From assembly GCA_000996355.1 (NCBI GenBank), contig LCAH01000010.1:1-55664 (forward strand): a stretch of DNA of 55,664 nt, given 5' to 3'. This document shows positions 21,869 to 30,714 of the stretch, in pieces (the stretch's first letter is position 1; every line of letters begins with the position of its first letter). Origin of the DNA: Candidatus Uhrbacteria bacterium GW2011_GWC2_41_11. Lineage in GTDB: Bacteria; Patescibacteriota; Patescibacteriia; UBA9934; GWF2-40-263. The position numbers were made by a program, and so were the translations under genes. A model generated the notes under the pieces. The model searched no databases and was not told where the DNA came from. It was given only the letters and a program-made list of their open reading frames with translations.

Positions 21869-23426
21869 AAACCGCATCATCCCCCTCAAGTGCCGTACTT
21901 TCCTGAGTATGAACTGCACGAATATACATGGTTTTTCCAAGAACTTTTTTTAAAATTTCTTCAATAAGACGACGATTTTTGTCACGATTAACGGTTTCTG
22001 CATGCAAAGAATAAGCAAATCGAAGTTCAACCGTATTCCCTTCAACCCCGACTAAATCTCCACTTCGAACTATAAGCGGAAGTGACGCATTGCATTCCTG
22101 AATTTTTTGAAATACTTCTGGCCACTTTTTTCGCACTTCTTCCACATCAATAACAGGAATATCTCCAAAGACAACAGGCTCGGAAGAGGCAGATGTGTTC
22201 AAAGAAATATTTTCTGCAACAAGAGGCGATGGTGGATGAAGATCATCTGATTTTTTTGGTGGTTTTGAAATGGAAATTTCTTCCTTTACAGCAGCAGGCG
22301 GAATCGTCGAACATAGATCAATCACAGCCAATTCAGTCGAAAGCTGCGGAATGACATCCATTTTGCTTGTACGCCGTGCATCAAGAAACCGTTCAATCGC
22401 TTGAGAAAGACGGGCAGTATTCCATGTTTTTCCAAGTGTCATAACACGACCAGCTGTTTCTTCATCAAATGTTGTTTGGAATCGCTCCAATCCTCCTCCA
22501 AGTAAACCTAAAAGAGCAGTTCGAAGCAAAAGAACCGTCTCATCTAAAAAGGAAGATATTTCAATTCCCTCTTCTAAAGAGGAATTCAAGAGACCAATCG
22601 CGCCTGAAACATCTCCACGTACGAGTGCATCCAAAAAATCCAAACTGATTTGTGTTGGAGTAATAGGAAGGACAAGCGAGGCTTCGTCAAACCCGATTTC
22701 CTGTTCTCCAAGCGCCAACAACTGACCAAGCATACTTTCCGCATCGCGTTCACACCCTTCTGTCTGACGTGCAATTTGACGAAGGACTTCCTCAGCCACT
22801 TTTACTTGTTCTTCTGCACATAAAATTTGAAGACGTGCAACTGTTTCATCCGCAGTCAAACGACGAAAATCAAAACGCTGACAACGGCTAATAATCGTTG
22901 CCGGCACTTTGTGTATCTCAGTTGTTGCAAGAATAAATAAGACGTGTGCAGGAGGTTCTTCAAGTGTTTTTAAAAGCGCATTGAATGCGGAAGGAGAAAG
23001 CATGTGTACTTCATCAATGATATACACCTTGTATCGTCCATGAACCGGAGTAAAACGAACGTGTTCAATAATATTTTCCCGCACATGATCCACACCTGTA
23101 TTTGATGCCGCATCCATTTCATACACATCCAAAAATGAACCAGCTGTTATCTCACGGCAAGCAGCACAAACATTGCATGGTTCAAAAGAAAGAAGCATGG
23201 ATGGATCTTTTGTCAAAACCTCCGAATGCCATTGTTCGCAATTAACGGTTTTAGCAAGCAAACGAGCGGTTGTGGTTTTTCCAACCCCGCGCGAACCAGT
23301 AAAAAGGTAGGCGTGAGCTACTTTTCCGTGTTTCAACTGGTTCTGAATCGTCCGTTTGATATGTTCTTGACCTGTGACATCGGCAAATGTCTGAGGTCGG
23401 TATTTGCGATAAATGGTCTGCGACAT
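21831..23426 (-). CDS. dnaX: DNA polymerase III subunit gamma/tau
   Basis: YRKYRPQTF, GSRGVGKTT, IIDEVHML, LKTLEEPP and SRCQRF motifs. Confidence 0.98.
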   Translation of the reverse strand: MSQTIYRKYRPQTFADVTGQEHIKRTIQNQLKHGKVAHAYLFTGSRGVGKTTTARLLAKTVNCEQWHSEVLTKDPSMLLSFEPCNVCAACREITAGSFLDVYEMDAASNTGVDHVRENIIEHVRFTPVHGRYKVYIIDEVHMLSPSAFNALLKTLEEPPAHVLFILATTEIHKVPATIISRCQRFDFRRLTADETVARLQILCAEEQVKVAEEVLRQIARQTEGCERDAESMLGQLLALGEQEIGFDEASLVLPITPTQISLDFLDALVRGDVSGAIGLLNSSLEEGIEISSFLDETVLLLRTALLGLLGGGLERFQTTFDEETAGRVMTLGKTWNTARLSQAIERFLDARRTSKMDVIPQLSTELAVIDLCSTIPPAAVKEEISISKPPKKSDDLHPPSPLVAENISLNTSASSEPVVFGDIPVIDVEEVRKKWPEVFQKIQECNASLPLIVRSGDLVGVEGNTVELRFAYSLHAETVNRDKNRRLIEEILKKVLGKTMYIRAVHTQESTALEGDDAVSTLLREFGGQAI

Positions 23427-23514
23427 ATGTCGGTTGACTAGGATTCATTTGACGTCCCACACTATACCGCATTCCAATCCTGTACAAAACCCCTGCAACA
23501 GGAATCACTTGTGT

Positions 23515-23561
23515 AAAAAATAAAAAAGACCCTGCATGGCATTGTTGCCACAAGGGGTCTT
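23515..23561 (-). terminator. long-stem intrinsic terminator after the 23594-24043 gene
   Basis: The minus strand reads AAGACCC..TGGCA-ACAA-TGCCA..GGGTCTT followed by a T-tract. Confidence 0.7.
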
Positions 23562-23593
23562 GATGTCTGATCGAGTGGGGGCTAAGAGTCGAA

Positions 23594-24043
23594 TTAGGAA
23601 ATTCCGAGCTCTTTCGCCTGTTTTTCGGAAACGACTCGGAATCCTTGCTCAACAAGGATCTTTTTGAGAAGATCGACTCGATCTTTCAGGGTCTCGATTG
23701 CTCGATCCCTTCGATTCCGTTCCTCCTCTTCACGAACCGTACGCCACTCGTTCCAGTGGCGGAAGTCGTACAGAGATGCCTCACTCGCCCCACTCCATTC
23801 ATTGTGAAGCTTGACGAGATTTCCCTCTTCATCCCTCACGACGTAATAACCATCTGTTGTTCCTTCGACCTTCTCCACGATCGTGAAGACGGATGGATGG
23901 GAATACTTCGCAAGTGGGTACTTGCTGAAATCCGGATTCTCACCATAACTCACATAGTCGAGCACGACCATCTGGCCGATACGGCCATTTTGATAGATGC
24001 CAGAATACTTGATCTCTTTTCCATTTTTCCAAAATTCCAACAT
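23594..24043 (-). CDS. hypothetical protein (149 aa) with C-terminal coiled coil
   Basis: SD GGAGG, own terminator, no recognised motif. Confidence 0.75.
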   Translation of the reverse strand: MLEFWKNGKEIKYSGIYQNGRIGQMVVLDYVSYGENPDFSKYPLAKYSHPSVFTIVEKVEGTTDGYYVVRDEEGNLVKLHNEWSGASEASLYDFRHWNEWRTVREEEERNRRDRAIETLKDRVDLLKKILVEQGFRVVSEKQAKELGIS

Positions 24044-24290
24044 TTTTACCTCCGTTTTCCCAGAGAATCACCTGAATCTCCGGGTCTATTTTTGACCATG
24101 TACGTAAATGAACAGTGTGTTATTTTAATCATATTTAACCTATTTTGTCAAGATATTTTGTCAACAAAAAATTCTTCCATCAAAAAATGCCAACTAAACT
24201 TGACAAAAACTCTAAAATTTGATAAAAAACTGTCACGTTTCGTTGTTTAAAAACCAAGTCTGAGTCATTTTTTGGCTCTGGAGGAGAACC

Positions 24291-24728
24291 ATGCGCTACA
24301 GTGCATTTAGATACACCTGGAAAGATGATATATTTGGTTATATCTTCTTACTCGGGGTTGTAGTCGGATGCGGATTTCTCTTTGCAAAGTGTGTGGAAAC
24401 GAATCCACTTCCTGACAAAAAAGTAGAAGTGGATCGCGTCTTCATGAACGAAGCGCATCAATATACTTTCTACGTCGCAAGCGAAGAAGGTGTATTTTTC
24501 CAACCTGTCACTTATGATGATGGGTATTTAAACAGAAAACCTGTTCGAATTTTCGCGGATGTTCCAGAAGGAGAAAAATCCTGGATCCTCCTAAAAGGGG
24601 AAACGAGCTTCATCGACGGAAACCGTTTCAAGATCGTGGAAATTCATGTCCATGACCTCAAAGTCCTCGAAGGAGGCGGTTGGAACCACGGCAAGTTTGG
24701 CCAGGGTCAAACCATACCCATCGAGTAA
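24291..24728 (+). CDS. hypothetical single-TM protein (145 aa)
   Basis: SD GGAGGAG, N-terminal hydrophobic helix and a beta-rich body. Confidence 0.75.
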   Translation: MRYSAFRYTWKDDIFGYIFLLGVVVGCGFLFAKCVETNPLPDKKVEVDRVFMNEAHQYTFYVASEEGVFFQPVTYDDGYLNRKPVRIFADVPEGEKSWILLKGETSFIDGNRFKIVEIHVHDLKVLEGGGWNHGKFGQGQTIPIE

Positions 24729-24743
24729 CTCGCGCGTTCGAAC

Positions 24744-24783
24744 AAAAAAATTGCGTCCTGCATTCTTCTGCCGGACGTTTTTT
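24744..24783. terminator. bidirectional terminator between convergent genes
   Basis: CGTCC..GCA/TGC..GGACG with A7 before and T6 after. Confidence 0.65.
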
Positions 24784-24828
24784 CTTTGAAGAGACCTTGT
24801 TTCTAAGGATCTCTGAAAAGTTGATGGA

Positions 24829-24911
24829 TTTTTGGTGCATGGGCTGTTGAACCCAGCGGACCCTACTACAGGTAGGGAGAGCGGGATCAACGGGTGCCCA
24901 TAAGCCAAAAA
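24829..24911. other. 83-nt rod-like inverted-repeat element (C)
   Basis: Nested stems TTTTTGG/CCAAAAA, ATGGGC/GCCCAT, GTTGA/TCAAC and CCCTAC/GTAGGG. Confidence 0.6.
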
Positions 24912-24934
24912 GACGCAATTTTGCAGAGGTCCCT

Positions 24935-25588
24935 TTACTTTTTCACAATATTTTCCACAGCCGCCCAGACACTTGGGGTTGTTTTTGGAACAAGAATCAC
25001 GGCTTCATCTCCCAATTCTCCTCGATAATACGTGACACTCGCTTGAAGCACATGGAATCGTTGCTCTCCACAAAGAACCACATGATTTCCTGCAGACGCA
25101 TCGAAAGCCAACAATCCAACTAATCGACGACGTTCCATGGGACTAATCTGTTTAAACAAAAACGTTCCATCTGACCTAATCGTCAATTTCAAAATATCTC
25201 CCTCAACCAATCGTGATTTTGATGCATAATTTGGAGGAACCGAATAACGTCTTCCATCCGACCCAACCATTTGTTGGCCATCAAATACCCCTTCAACCAC
25301 ACGCGACCCTGAAATATCTTCTAAATGTTTTTCCATTTCTTTTTTTGCTGTCACAAGTTGAGCAAGTGTGGTTGTTTCTTTACTATCCGAGGATGGATTT
25401 TCCAAAAGAGCAATGACGCTTTCTAAATTTTCCTGCATCTGACGCAAAATTTTTTTTGCCATGTCAAACCGACGGTCAGCAATGACCGGAGCTGCATGTC
25501 GTCCAGCTTCTTCGGGTTCAGGTTCAAACAGATTCTCCTCATCCTGAAACTCGAAAGATTCGTCAAGAAAAGGATTTGTCATACTCAA
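24935..25588 (-). CDS. conserved hypothetical protein (VVEGVFDGQQMVGSDGRRYSVPPNYASKSRLVEGD)
   Basis: Long ORF coupled to the upstream ATPase by an ATGA-type overlap; OB-like beta-rich C-terminus (inference). Confidence 0.8.
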   Translation of the reverse strand: MSMTNPFLDESFEFQDEENLFEPEPEEAGRHAAPVIADRRFDMAKKILRQMQENLESVIALLENPSSDSKETTTLAQLVTAKKEMEKHLEDISGSRVVEGVFDGQQMVGSDGRRYSVPPNYASKSRLVEGDILKLTIRSDGTFLFKQISPMERRRLVGLLAFDASAGNHVVLCGEQRFHVLQASVTYYRGELGDEAVILVPKTTPSVWAAVENIVKK

Positions 25589-28158
25589 AATGAAGTTTCA
25601 CCCATTGGTGGACCTTGAAATGCTTCAGACCCGCCCAATTGTGAACGTTCAAGAATATCTGCTTCCACAAGGGCTTTGTCACGTCCATATTTTAATCGCG
25701 ATAATTGATAGACCGCATCTGCAAGTTCACGATCCCCATTTGGAGGTGCCACTGTTTTCATGGTAAATGGTTTTGCTTGCGAATTATCGATAATCATTTT
25801 GACATACCAGGTATACATATCAGAGTTGATCATGTCATACCCGGAAAATGTTGGTGTATACACTTTTTCCAAAATTTCCGTGTCTTCTGGACCAACACGA
25901 GACACAAACATCGTTCCCACGTTTCCCAAAACTGCATCACGCACTTCGGTTTTTCCACCAGATTCGACAAGTTGCCCCATATACTGGTGAGCCATGGTAA
26001 GATCCAGACGATATTTACGTGCTTCGGACAAAATCGTTGCGATTGAATTTGTCACGTAGTTTTGAAACTCGTCAATGTACAAGAAAAAATCTCTGCGTTC
26101 TTCTTCAGGCAAATCTGCTCGACCCATCGCAGCCATCTGGAGTTTGGAAACCATAATCAAACCAAGTAAACTCGCATTTACTTCTCCAGTTTTTCCTTTC
26201 GAAAGATTCACAAGAAGAATTTTTTGCTTGTCCATGACTTCACGAAAATCAAAGCTCGAATGATTTTGCCCAATAATATTGCGCATCATTTCATTTTCCA
26301 CAAAACGACCAACTTTGGAAATCAAATATCCCAACATTTCCGATTTGTGAAAGTCGCTTGTTTTTGCCATTTCTTTTTCCCAGTAGGCACGCACCACAGG
26401 ATCTTTCACTTTTGCAATCCAAGAATCCGCAAAATCCTGATCAGAAAACATGCGCGGAATCTCTGCAATCGTCCCTGGATTTTCCGGGTCAGACATGAGG
26501 GTCAACATCACATTGCGCATGTTGTGCTCGAACATCGGACCGATCATTTCCGGCGGGAATAATTTATAAAAAATCGAAATCATTTCCTGTACGGCAAAAT
26601 CTTTCAAATTTTCATTTTTTACTTCCAACATGTTCAATCCAAATGGACGATCCGTATCAGACGGATTAAACACGATCACATCATCAATACGATGTCGTGG
26701 AATATTGGCCAAAACCAGTTCAACCAAATCTCCGTGTGGATCAAGCACACACACCCCTTCTCCATTTTGAATATCTTGAATAATCATGCTCGCCAAAAAT
26801 TTGGATTTTCCAGACCCAGATTTTCCAATCAAATACATGTGGCGTTGACGATCTGGACGCTTAATGTGAATGGGAACTTTTCGACCACGAAACACATTGT
26901 ATCCAAGAAAGATTCCTTCTCCGGGACCAGGAACATTCACCGGAGCCGGAGCACGCCGCGCACCAAGCCATTGAATATTTGGAGTTTCTGTTGTCGGCAA
27001 TGGCAAATGCCACAAACTCGACATTTCTTCCGTATTCAAATTGATCTTATAAAACTCATCAAAGGTTCGATAAATAAATCGACGAATCAAACGTTTTTTG
27101 GAAGGAGGAACCGCTTTATCAAAAACATTTCCAAACTGGTACGAATTGTATTGAGAAAAAGCACTGAGCAAATTGGTCATGGTTGTTTGCGCCGCATCAG
27201 GATTTTCCGAAGAAACAACAAGCCGAATATTTACATCAAGTCCTGCTTTGCTTGCCTTTTGTTCAAGCCCTTTTACACTCTCTTCTTCCATGGGAGACAA
27301 CCGGTACGATTCTGGCTGTTCTGGCGGTTTAACTGTTCCTCCACTAAAAATTAAACTCATCCATCCATTTTTCTTCGTACGATCCTTTCCCTGCAGCACA
27401 TCCTCAAGCTTCATTCCTTGTTGCATACGTCTGGCAATTCCAAGCCCTTTGGATCGCCATTCTCTGCGCGCAGAACGAATTACATACTGAATCGCAGCCC
27501 CTTCTTCTATTCCAAGTTTGGATAATGCGTTTGTGAGCGCATTCAAAGGATCCGCATCTAATTTTTGATACGTCTTAATCGGAAAAGCGCTTGGTCGCTT
27601 GAAAATAAGATAACTTCCCAAAATCACGCCTGTTGGACGGAAAATATTATAATCTTCGACTTCTTCAATATGCGCATCCGAATAGGTAGACGACAACTGT
27701 TGTTCGACATGTGTCTGCATTTTTTTCGAAACCGCAATATAAAAATAAATGAGTCCATTTCGCACCACAATTTCAAATGACATTTCATCTGTACGGCCAA
27801 ACAACCACGCCTTCAACCCACGCTGAGCTTTCAAACCGCCCATGGTCGAAAAAAAACTGTCTGCAATCGCAATCGATTGCCGAATTTGTTCAATGGATGT
27901 TTCGCGCGTCACATCCTCAGCGCGTCTAAATTTCGGAAGGGTTATCTGAAGAACCGTTCGTTCAAATCCGCCATGTCGCCCACGTGCCTGGCGACGAAAG
28001 AAAAATCGCAAAATAAAAAGAAGAGCAATTCCAACCAAAAGCAAAACAACCGCCCCGAGAATCACGGTCGGTAAAAAAAGATCTCCTCCCATGTCTATTG
28101 GCTGGGAGAATGACTCTTCTTCAACAAGAAAATTCGTCTGCAAAAAGGGCAACACCAT
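25585..28158 (-). CDS. VirD4/TraG/HerA-like P-loop ATPase (type IV coupling protein-like) with N-terminal TM
   Basis: RQRHMYLIGKSGSGKS (Walker A), LDPHGDL, LYIDEFQN (Walker B) and LSEARKY. Confidence 0.88.
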   Translation of the reverse strand: MVLPFLQTNFLVEEESFSQPIDMGGDLFLPTVILGAVVLLLVGIALLFILRFFFRRQARGRHGGFERTVLQITLPKFRRAEDVTRETSIEQIRQSIAIADSFFSTMGGLKAQRGLKAWLFGRTDEMSFEIVVRNGLIYFYIAVSKKMQTHVEQQLSSTYSDAHIEEVEDYNIFRPTGVILGSYLIFKRPSAFPIKTYQKLDADPLNALTNALSKLGIEEGAAIQYVIRSARREWRSKGLGIARRMQQGMKLEDVLQGKDRTKKNGWMSLIFSGGTVKPPEQPESYRLSPMEEESVKGLEQKASKAGLDVNIRLVVSSENPDAAQTTMTNLLSAFSQYNSYQFGNVFDKAVPPSKKRLIRRFIYRTFDEFYKINLNTEEMSSLWHLPLPTTETPNIQWLGARRAPAPVNVPGPGEGIFLGYNVFRGRKVPIHIKRPDRQRHMYLIGKSGSGKSKFLASMIIQDIQNGEGVCVLDPHGDLVELVLANIPRHRIDDVIVFNPSDTDRPFGLNMLEVKNENLKDFAVQEMISIFYKLFPPEMIGPMFEHNMRNVMLTLMSDPENPGTIAEIPRMFSDQDFADSWIAKVKDPVVRAYWEKEMAKTSDFHKSEMLGYLISKVGRFVENEMMRNIIGQNHSSFDFREVMDKQKILLVNLSKGKTGEVNASLLGLIMVSKLQMAAMGRADLPEEERRDFFLYIDEFQNYVTNSIATILSEARKYRLDLTMAHQYMGQLVESGGKTEVRDAVLGNVGTMFVSRVGPEDTEILEKVYTPTFSGYDMINSDMYTWYVKMIIDNSQAKPFTMKTVAPPNGDRELADAVYQLSRLKYGRDKALVEADILERSQLGGSEAFQGPPMGETSF

Positions 28159-28169
28159 GTAAGTCGGTC

Positions 28170-28691
28170 TTAATGTTTGCGTTGATTCGCAGCATCAAGA
28201 ATTTTATCGGTTTTGATTTTTGCTTCTTGTTCGAGAAAAAAACGGTTCACGCCCGGAATCATTTTTAACCAAGAGCGAATCAAATCCAATACTTTTCTTG
28301 CATTCACTTTAGCTACGATCAAAAGCTCTCGAATCTTTCCAGCTGTTTCTTCTCCTTTTTCTCTAAACAATTCCTGTTGACTCGGCGTCATTTTCAAATA
28401 AAGATCCGTCAAATCTTCAGCCAAAATATCTTCAATCTCTTGAGTCAGTGTATCCTTGGTGACAACCTGGGTTACTGGCAAGGAAACTGGAATGGGACGA
28501 AGAACCTGTTCTGAAATTTGTTTATCTCTTGTTTCAGATGGGGTTTCCTTTGCTCCTTCTGCAAACTGTTCTGGCGTTCGAATCACTTCCGGAGAGACTC
28601 GTTCTTCAGCTGATTTTTCCGTTTCAGACCGAAGGGTTCCTTCTGAAACAGTTGCTGGTTTTTCTTTCTGGGGCGGTCGCAACAAAGGCAT
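28170..28691 (-). CDS. hypothetical protein (173 aa)
   Basis: Co-oriented ORF; low-complexity N-terminus; conserved-looking C-terminus WLKMIPGVNRFFLEQEAKIK. Confidence 0.8.
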   Translation of the reverse strand: MPLLRPPQKEKPATVSEGTLRSETEKSAEERVSPEVIRTPEQFAEGAKETPSETRDKQISEQVLRPIPVSLPVTQVVTKDTLTQEIEDILAEDLTDLYLKMTPSQQELFREKGEETAGKIRELLIVAKVNARKVLDLIRSWLKMIPGVNRFFLEQEAKIKTDKILDAANQRKH

Positions 28692-28714
28692 ACGTAAAAT
28701 AGTATATCATAACC

Positions 28715-30124
28715 TTATTGTGTCCGCACTTTTGACCCTTCAGTCGTATCCTCCACTACAAATCCGCTCAATTCAATTTCTGCACGCAGACGATCTGATT
28801 CCTCCCATTTTTTTTCTTTTCGCGCTTGTTCACGTTTTTTTGCAAGCTCCTGAATTTCCACAGGAATTTCTAATGGCTGTCCAACATATTTTTCTAATTG
28901 CAATCCAAATACTTTATCAAACAAAAGAAGAGATTGAGCCCGAGCAGAGGAAGGCAACGTGGTATCTCCAACCATTTCCCACATAATGGCAAGTGCTTGA
29001 GAGGTATTCAAATCATCATTGATTGCCTGAAGAAATCGTTCTTCATACTTTGTACAATCAACCGTTGGCGCGTCCCATTCACGAACTATATTATACAACC
29101 GATGCAATGCATTTTGGGCGGCTTCAAGTGCTTCAAATGTAAAATCGAGTTTGGTTCGATAATGCGCTTGAAGAACAAGATACCGATATGCAAGCGGGTC
29201 ATATCCTTTTTGTATCAAATCTTCCACGGTATAAAGATTGCCGAGCGACTTACTCATCTTCCCTCCACCTACAGTCAAAAATTCTGCATGCATCCAAATA
29301 TTTGCTTCAAGCACATCATCTGCTCCAGAGGTTTGAGCAATTTCATTTTCATGATGCACGGGAATCAAATCAATCGCTCCGGTATGAATATCAAATGGCA
29401 CACCCAAATACTTTTTTGCCATAGCAGAACATTCAATATGCCATCCAGGAAATCCGTCTCCCCAAGGAGATTCCCATTCCATTTGACGCTGTTTAACAAC
29501 ATCATCCTGTGCAGGATCAAATGATCTCCCATTTGAATACGAAAACTTCCAAAGCGCAAAATCAGATACAGATTTTTTTTCTCCCATATCTACACGCGCT
29601 CCGCCCATTTTTTCTTCTATTTTTTGACCAGAAAGACGGCCATATTCCGGAAGTTTCGATGTGTCAAAATAGATCCCATCCGATGTGTGATACGTATATC
29701 CTTTTGCCTCAAGTGTCCGAACCATCGCTATTTGTTCCGTAATATGTTCTGTGGCTTTTGGATAGACATCTGCTGAGATGATATTCAGCCATTTTAAATC
29801 TTGAAAAAATGTTTGCGTGTAAAATTCAGCGATTTCGTATGCGGTCTTTCCTTCTCGTCGCATGGCTGTCAGCATTTTGTCTTCTCCATCATCCCCATCC
29901 CCGACCAAATGCCCAACATCTGTGATATTGATAATATGTTTTACTTGAAAACTATTGTACGCAAGTGAACGAACCAACACATCTTCAAAAAGAAATCGCC
30001 GCATGTTTCCGATATGGGCAAACCAATAAACAGTCGGTCCGCAACCGTACACTCCAGCTTGTCCTGGGTGAAGAGGAATAAATTCCTCTTTTTGACGAGT
30101 CAACGTATTAAAAAAAGAAATCAT
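28715..30124 (-). CDS. cysS: cysteine--tRNA ligase
   Basis: CGPTVY, HIGN, GWHIECS and KMSKS motifs. Confidence 0.98.
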   Translation of the reverse strand: MISFFNTLTRQKEEFIPLHPGQAGVYGCGPTVYWFAHIGNMRRFLFEDVLVRSLAYNSFQVKHIINITDVGHLVGDGDDGEDKMLTAMRREGKTAYEIAEFYTQTFFQDLKWLNIISADVYPKATEHITEQIAMVRTLEAKGYTYHTSDGIYFDTSKLPEYGRLSGQKIEEKMGGARVDMGEKKSVSDFALWKFSYSNGRSFDPAQDDVVKQRQMEWESPWGDGFPGWHIECSAMAKKYLGVPFDIHTGAIDLIPVHHENEIAQTSGADDVLEANIWMHAEFLTVGGGKMSKSLGNLYTVEDLIQKGYDPLAYRYLVLQAHYRTKLDFTFEALEAAQNALHRLYNIVREWDAPTVDCTKYEERFLQAINDDLNTSQALAIMWEMVGDTTLPSSARAQSLLLFDKVFGLQLEKYVGQPLEIPVEIQELAKKREQARKEKKWEESDRLRAEIELSGFVVEDTTEGSKVRTQ

Positions 30125-30136
30125 ATATTTTCCACA

Positions 30137-30568
30137 TTATGACAAACGCAGATGTTCATCAATCGCCGCATTCACAAGTGCATCTGCTTCTTTATTGCGT
30201 TCACGAGGAATATGTTGAATACGCACGTGTTTAAATGCACACATAAGATTTCGAACCTCAAGAAATCGTTTTGCAAGTTCTGGATTCTTCACTCGATATT
30301 CTCCTTTAAGTTGTTTCGCAGCAAGCTCTGAATCCATATAGAGTTCAACGTGCTCAACCTCAAGCTCTTTTGCTCGAGTCAGTCCCATCACGATGGCTTG
30401 ATATTCTGCCTGATTATTTGTTGTTTCTCCCACGTACGCATGCAAGGCAGCAAGAATTTCTCCTTCTGTTCCATCTTCATGAAGAAATTTAATGACAGCT
30501 CCGGATCCTGCGGGACCTGGATTTCCTCGCGCTCCACCATCTGTGTAAATACGTACGTGTTTGATCAT
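30137..30568 (-). CDS. rnhA: ribonuclease HI family protein
   Basis: YTDGGARGNPGPAG, TNNQAEY, DSEL and NKEADALVN motifs; start set to the ATG at 30568. Confidence 0.92.
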   Translation of the reverse strand: MIKHVRIYTDGGARGNPGPAGSGAVIKFLHEDGTEGEILAALHAYVGETTNNQAEYQAIVMGLTRAKELEVEHVELYMDSELAAKQLKGEYRVKNPELAKRFLEVRNLMCAFKHVRIQHIPRERNKEADALVNAAIDEHLRLS

Positions 30569-30575
30569 AGATTTA

Positions 30576-30699
30576 TAGGACTTTCTTATTTGGCGCATAC
30601 CTTTGTCGAAATCTGCGTTTTTTGTTCGCTGTACCTGTGAGTACAGCTCACAAAAAGCCTCGATTTCTCCTTGGTCTGCATCCAAATGCGAAAGTCCTC
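30576..30699. repeat. MITE-like structured element, copy B (124 bp)
   Basis: Ends TAGGACTTTC ... GAAAGTCCTC; flanked by ATTTA on both sides; folds as one rod; same core hairpin as copy A. Confidence 0.7.
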
Positions 30700-30714
30700 A
30701 TTTAGATAAAAAGA

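Noticed and set aside
24744-24922. SRP RNA or 6S RNA
   Set aside because: There is no SRP domain IV motif (CAGG...GNRA...AGCA). The internal loop is extremely asymmetric, unlike the 6S central bubble.
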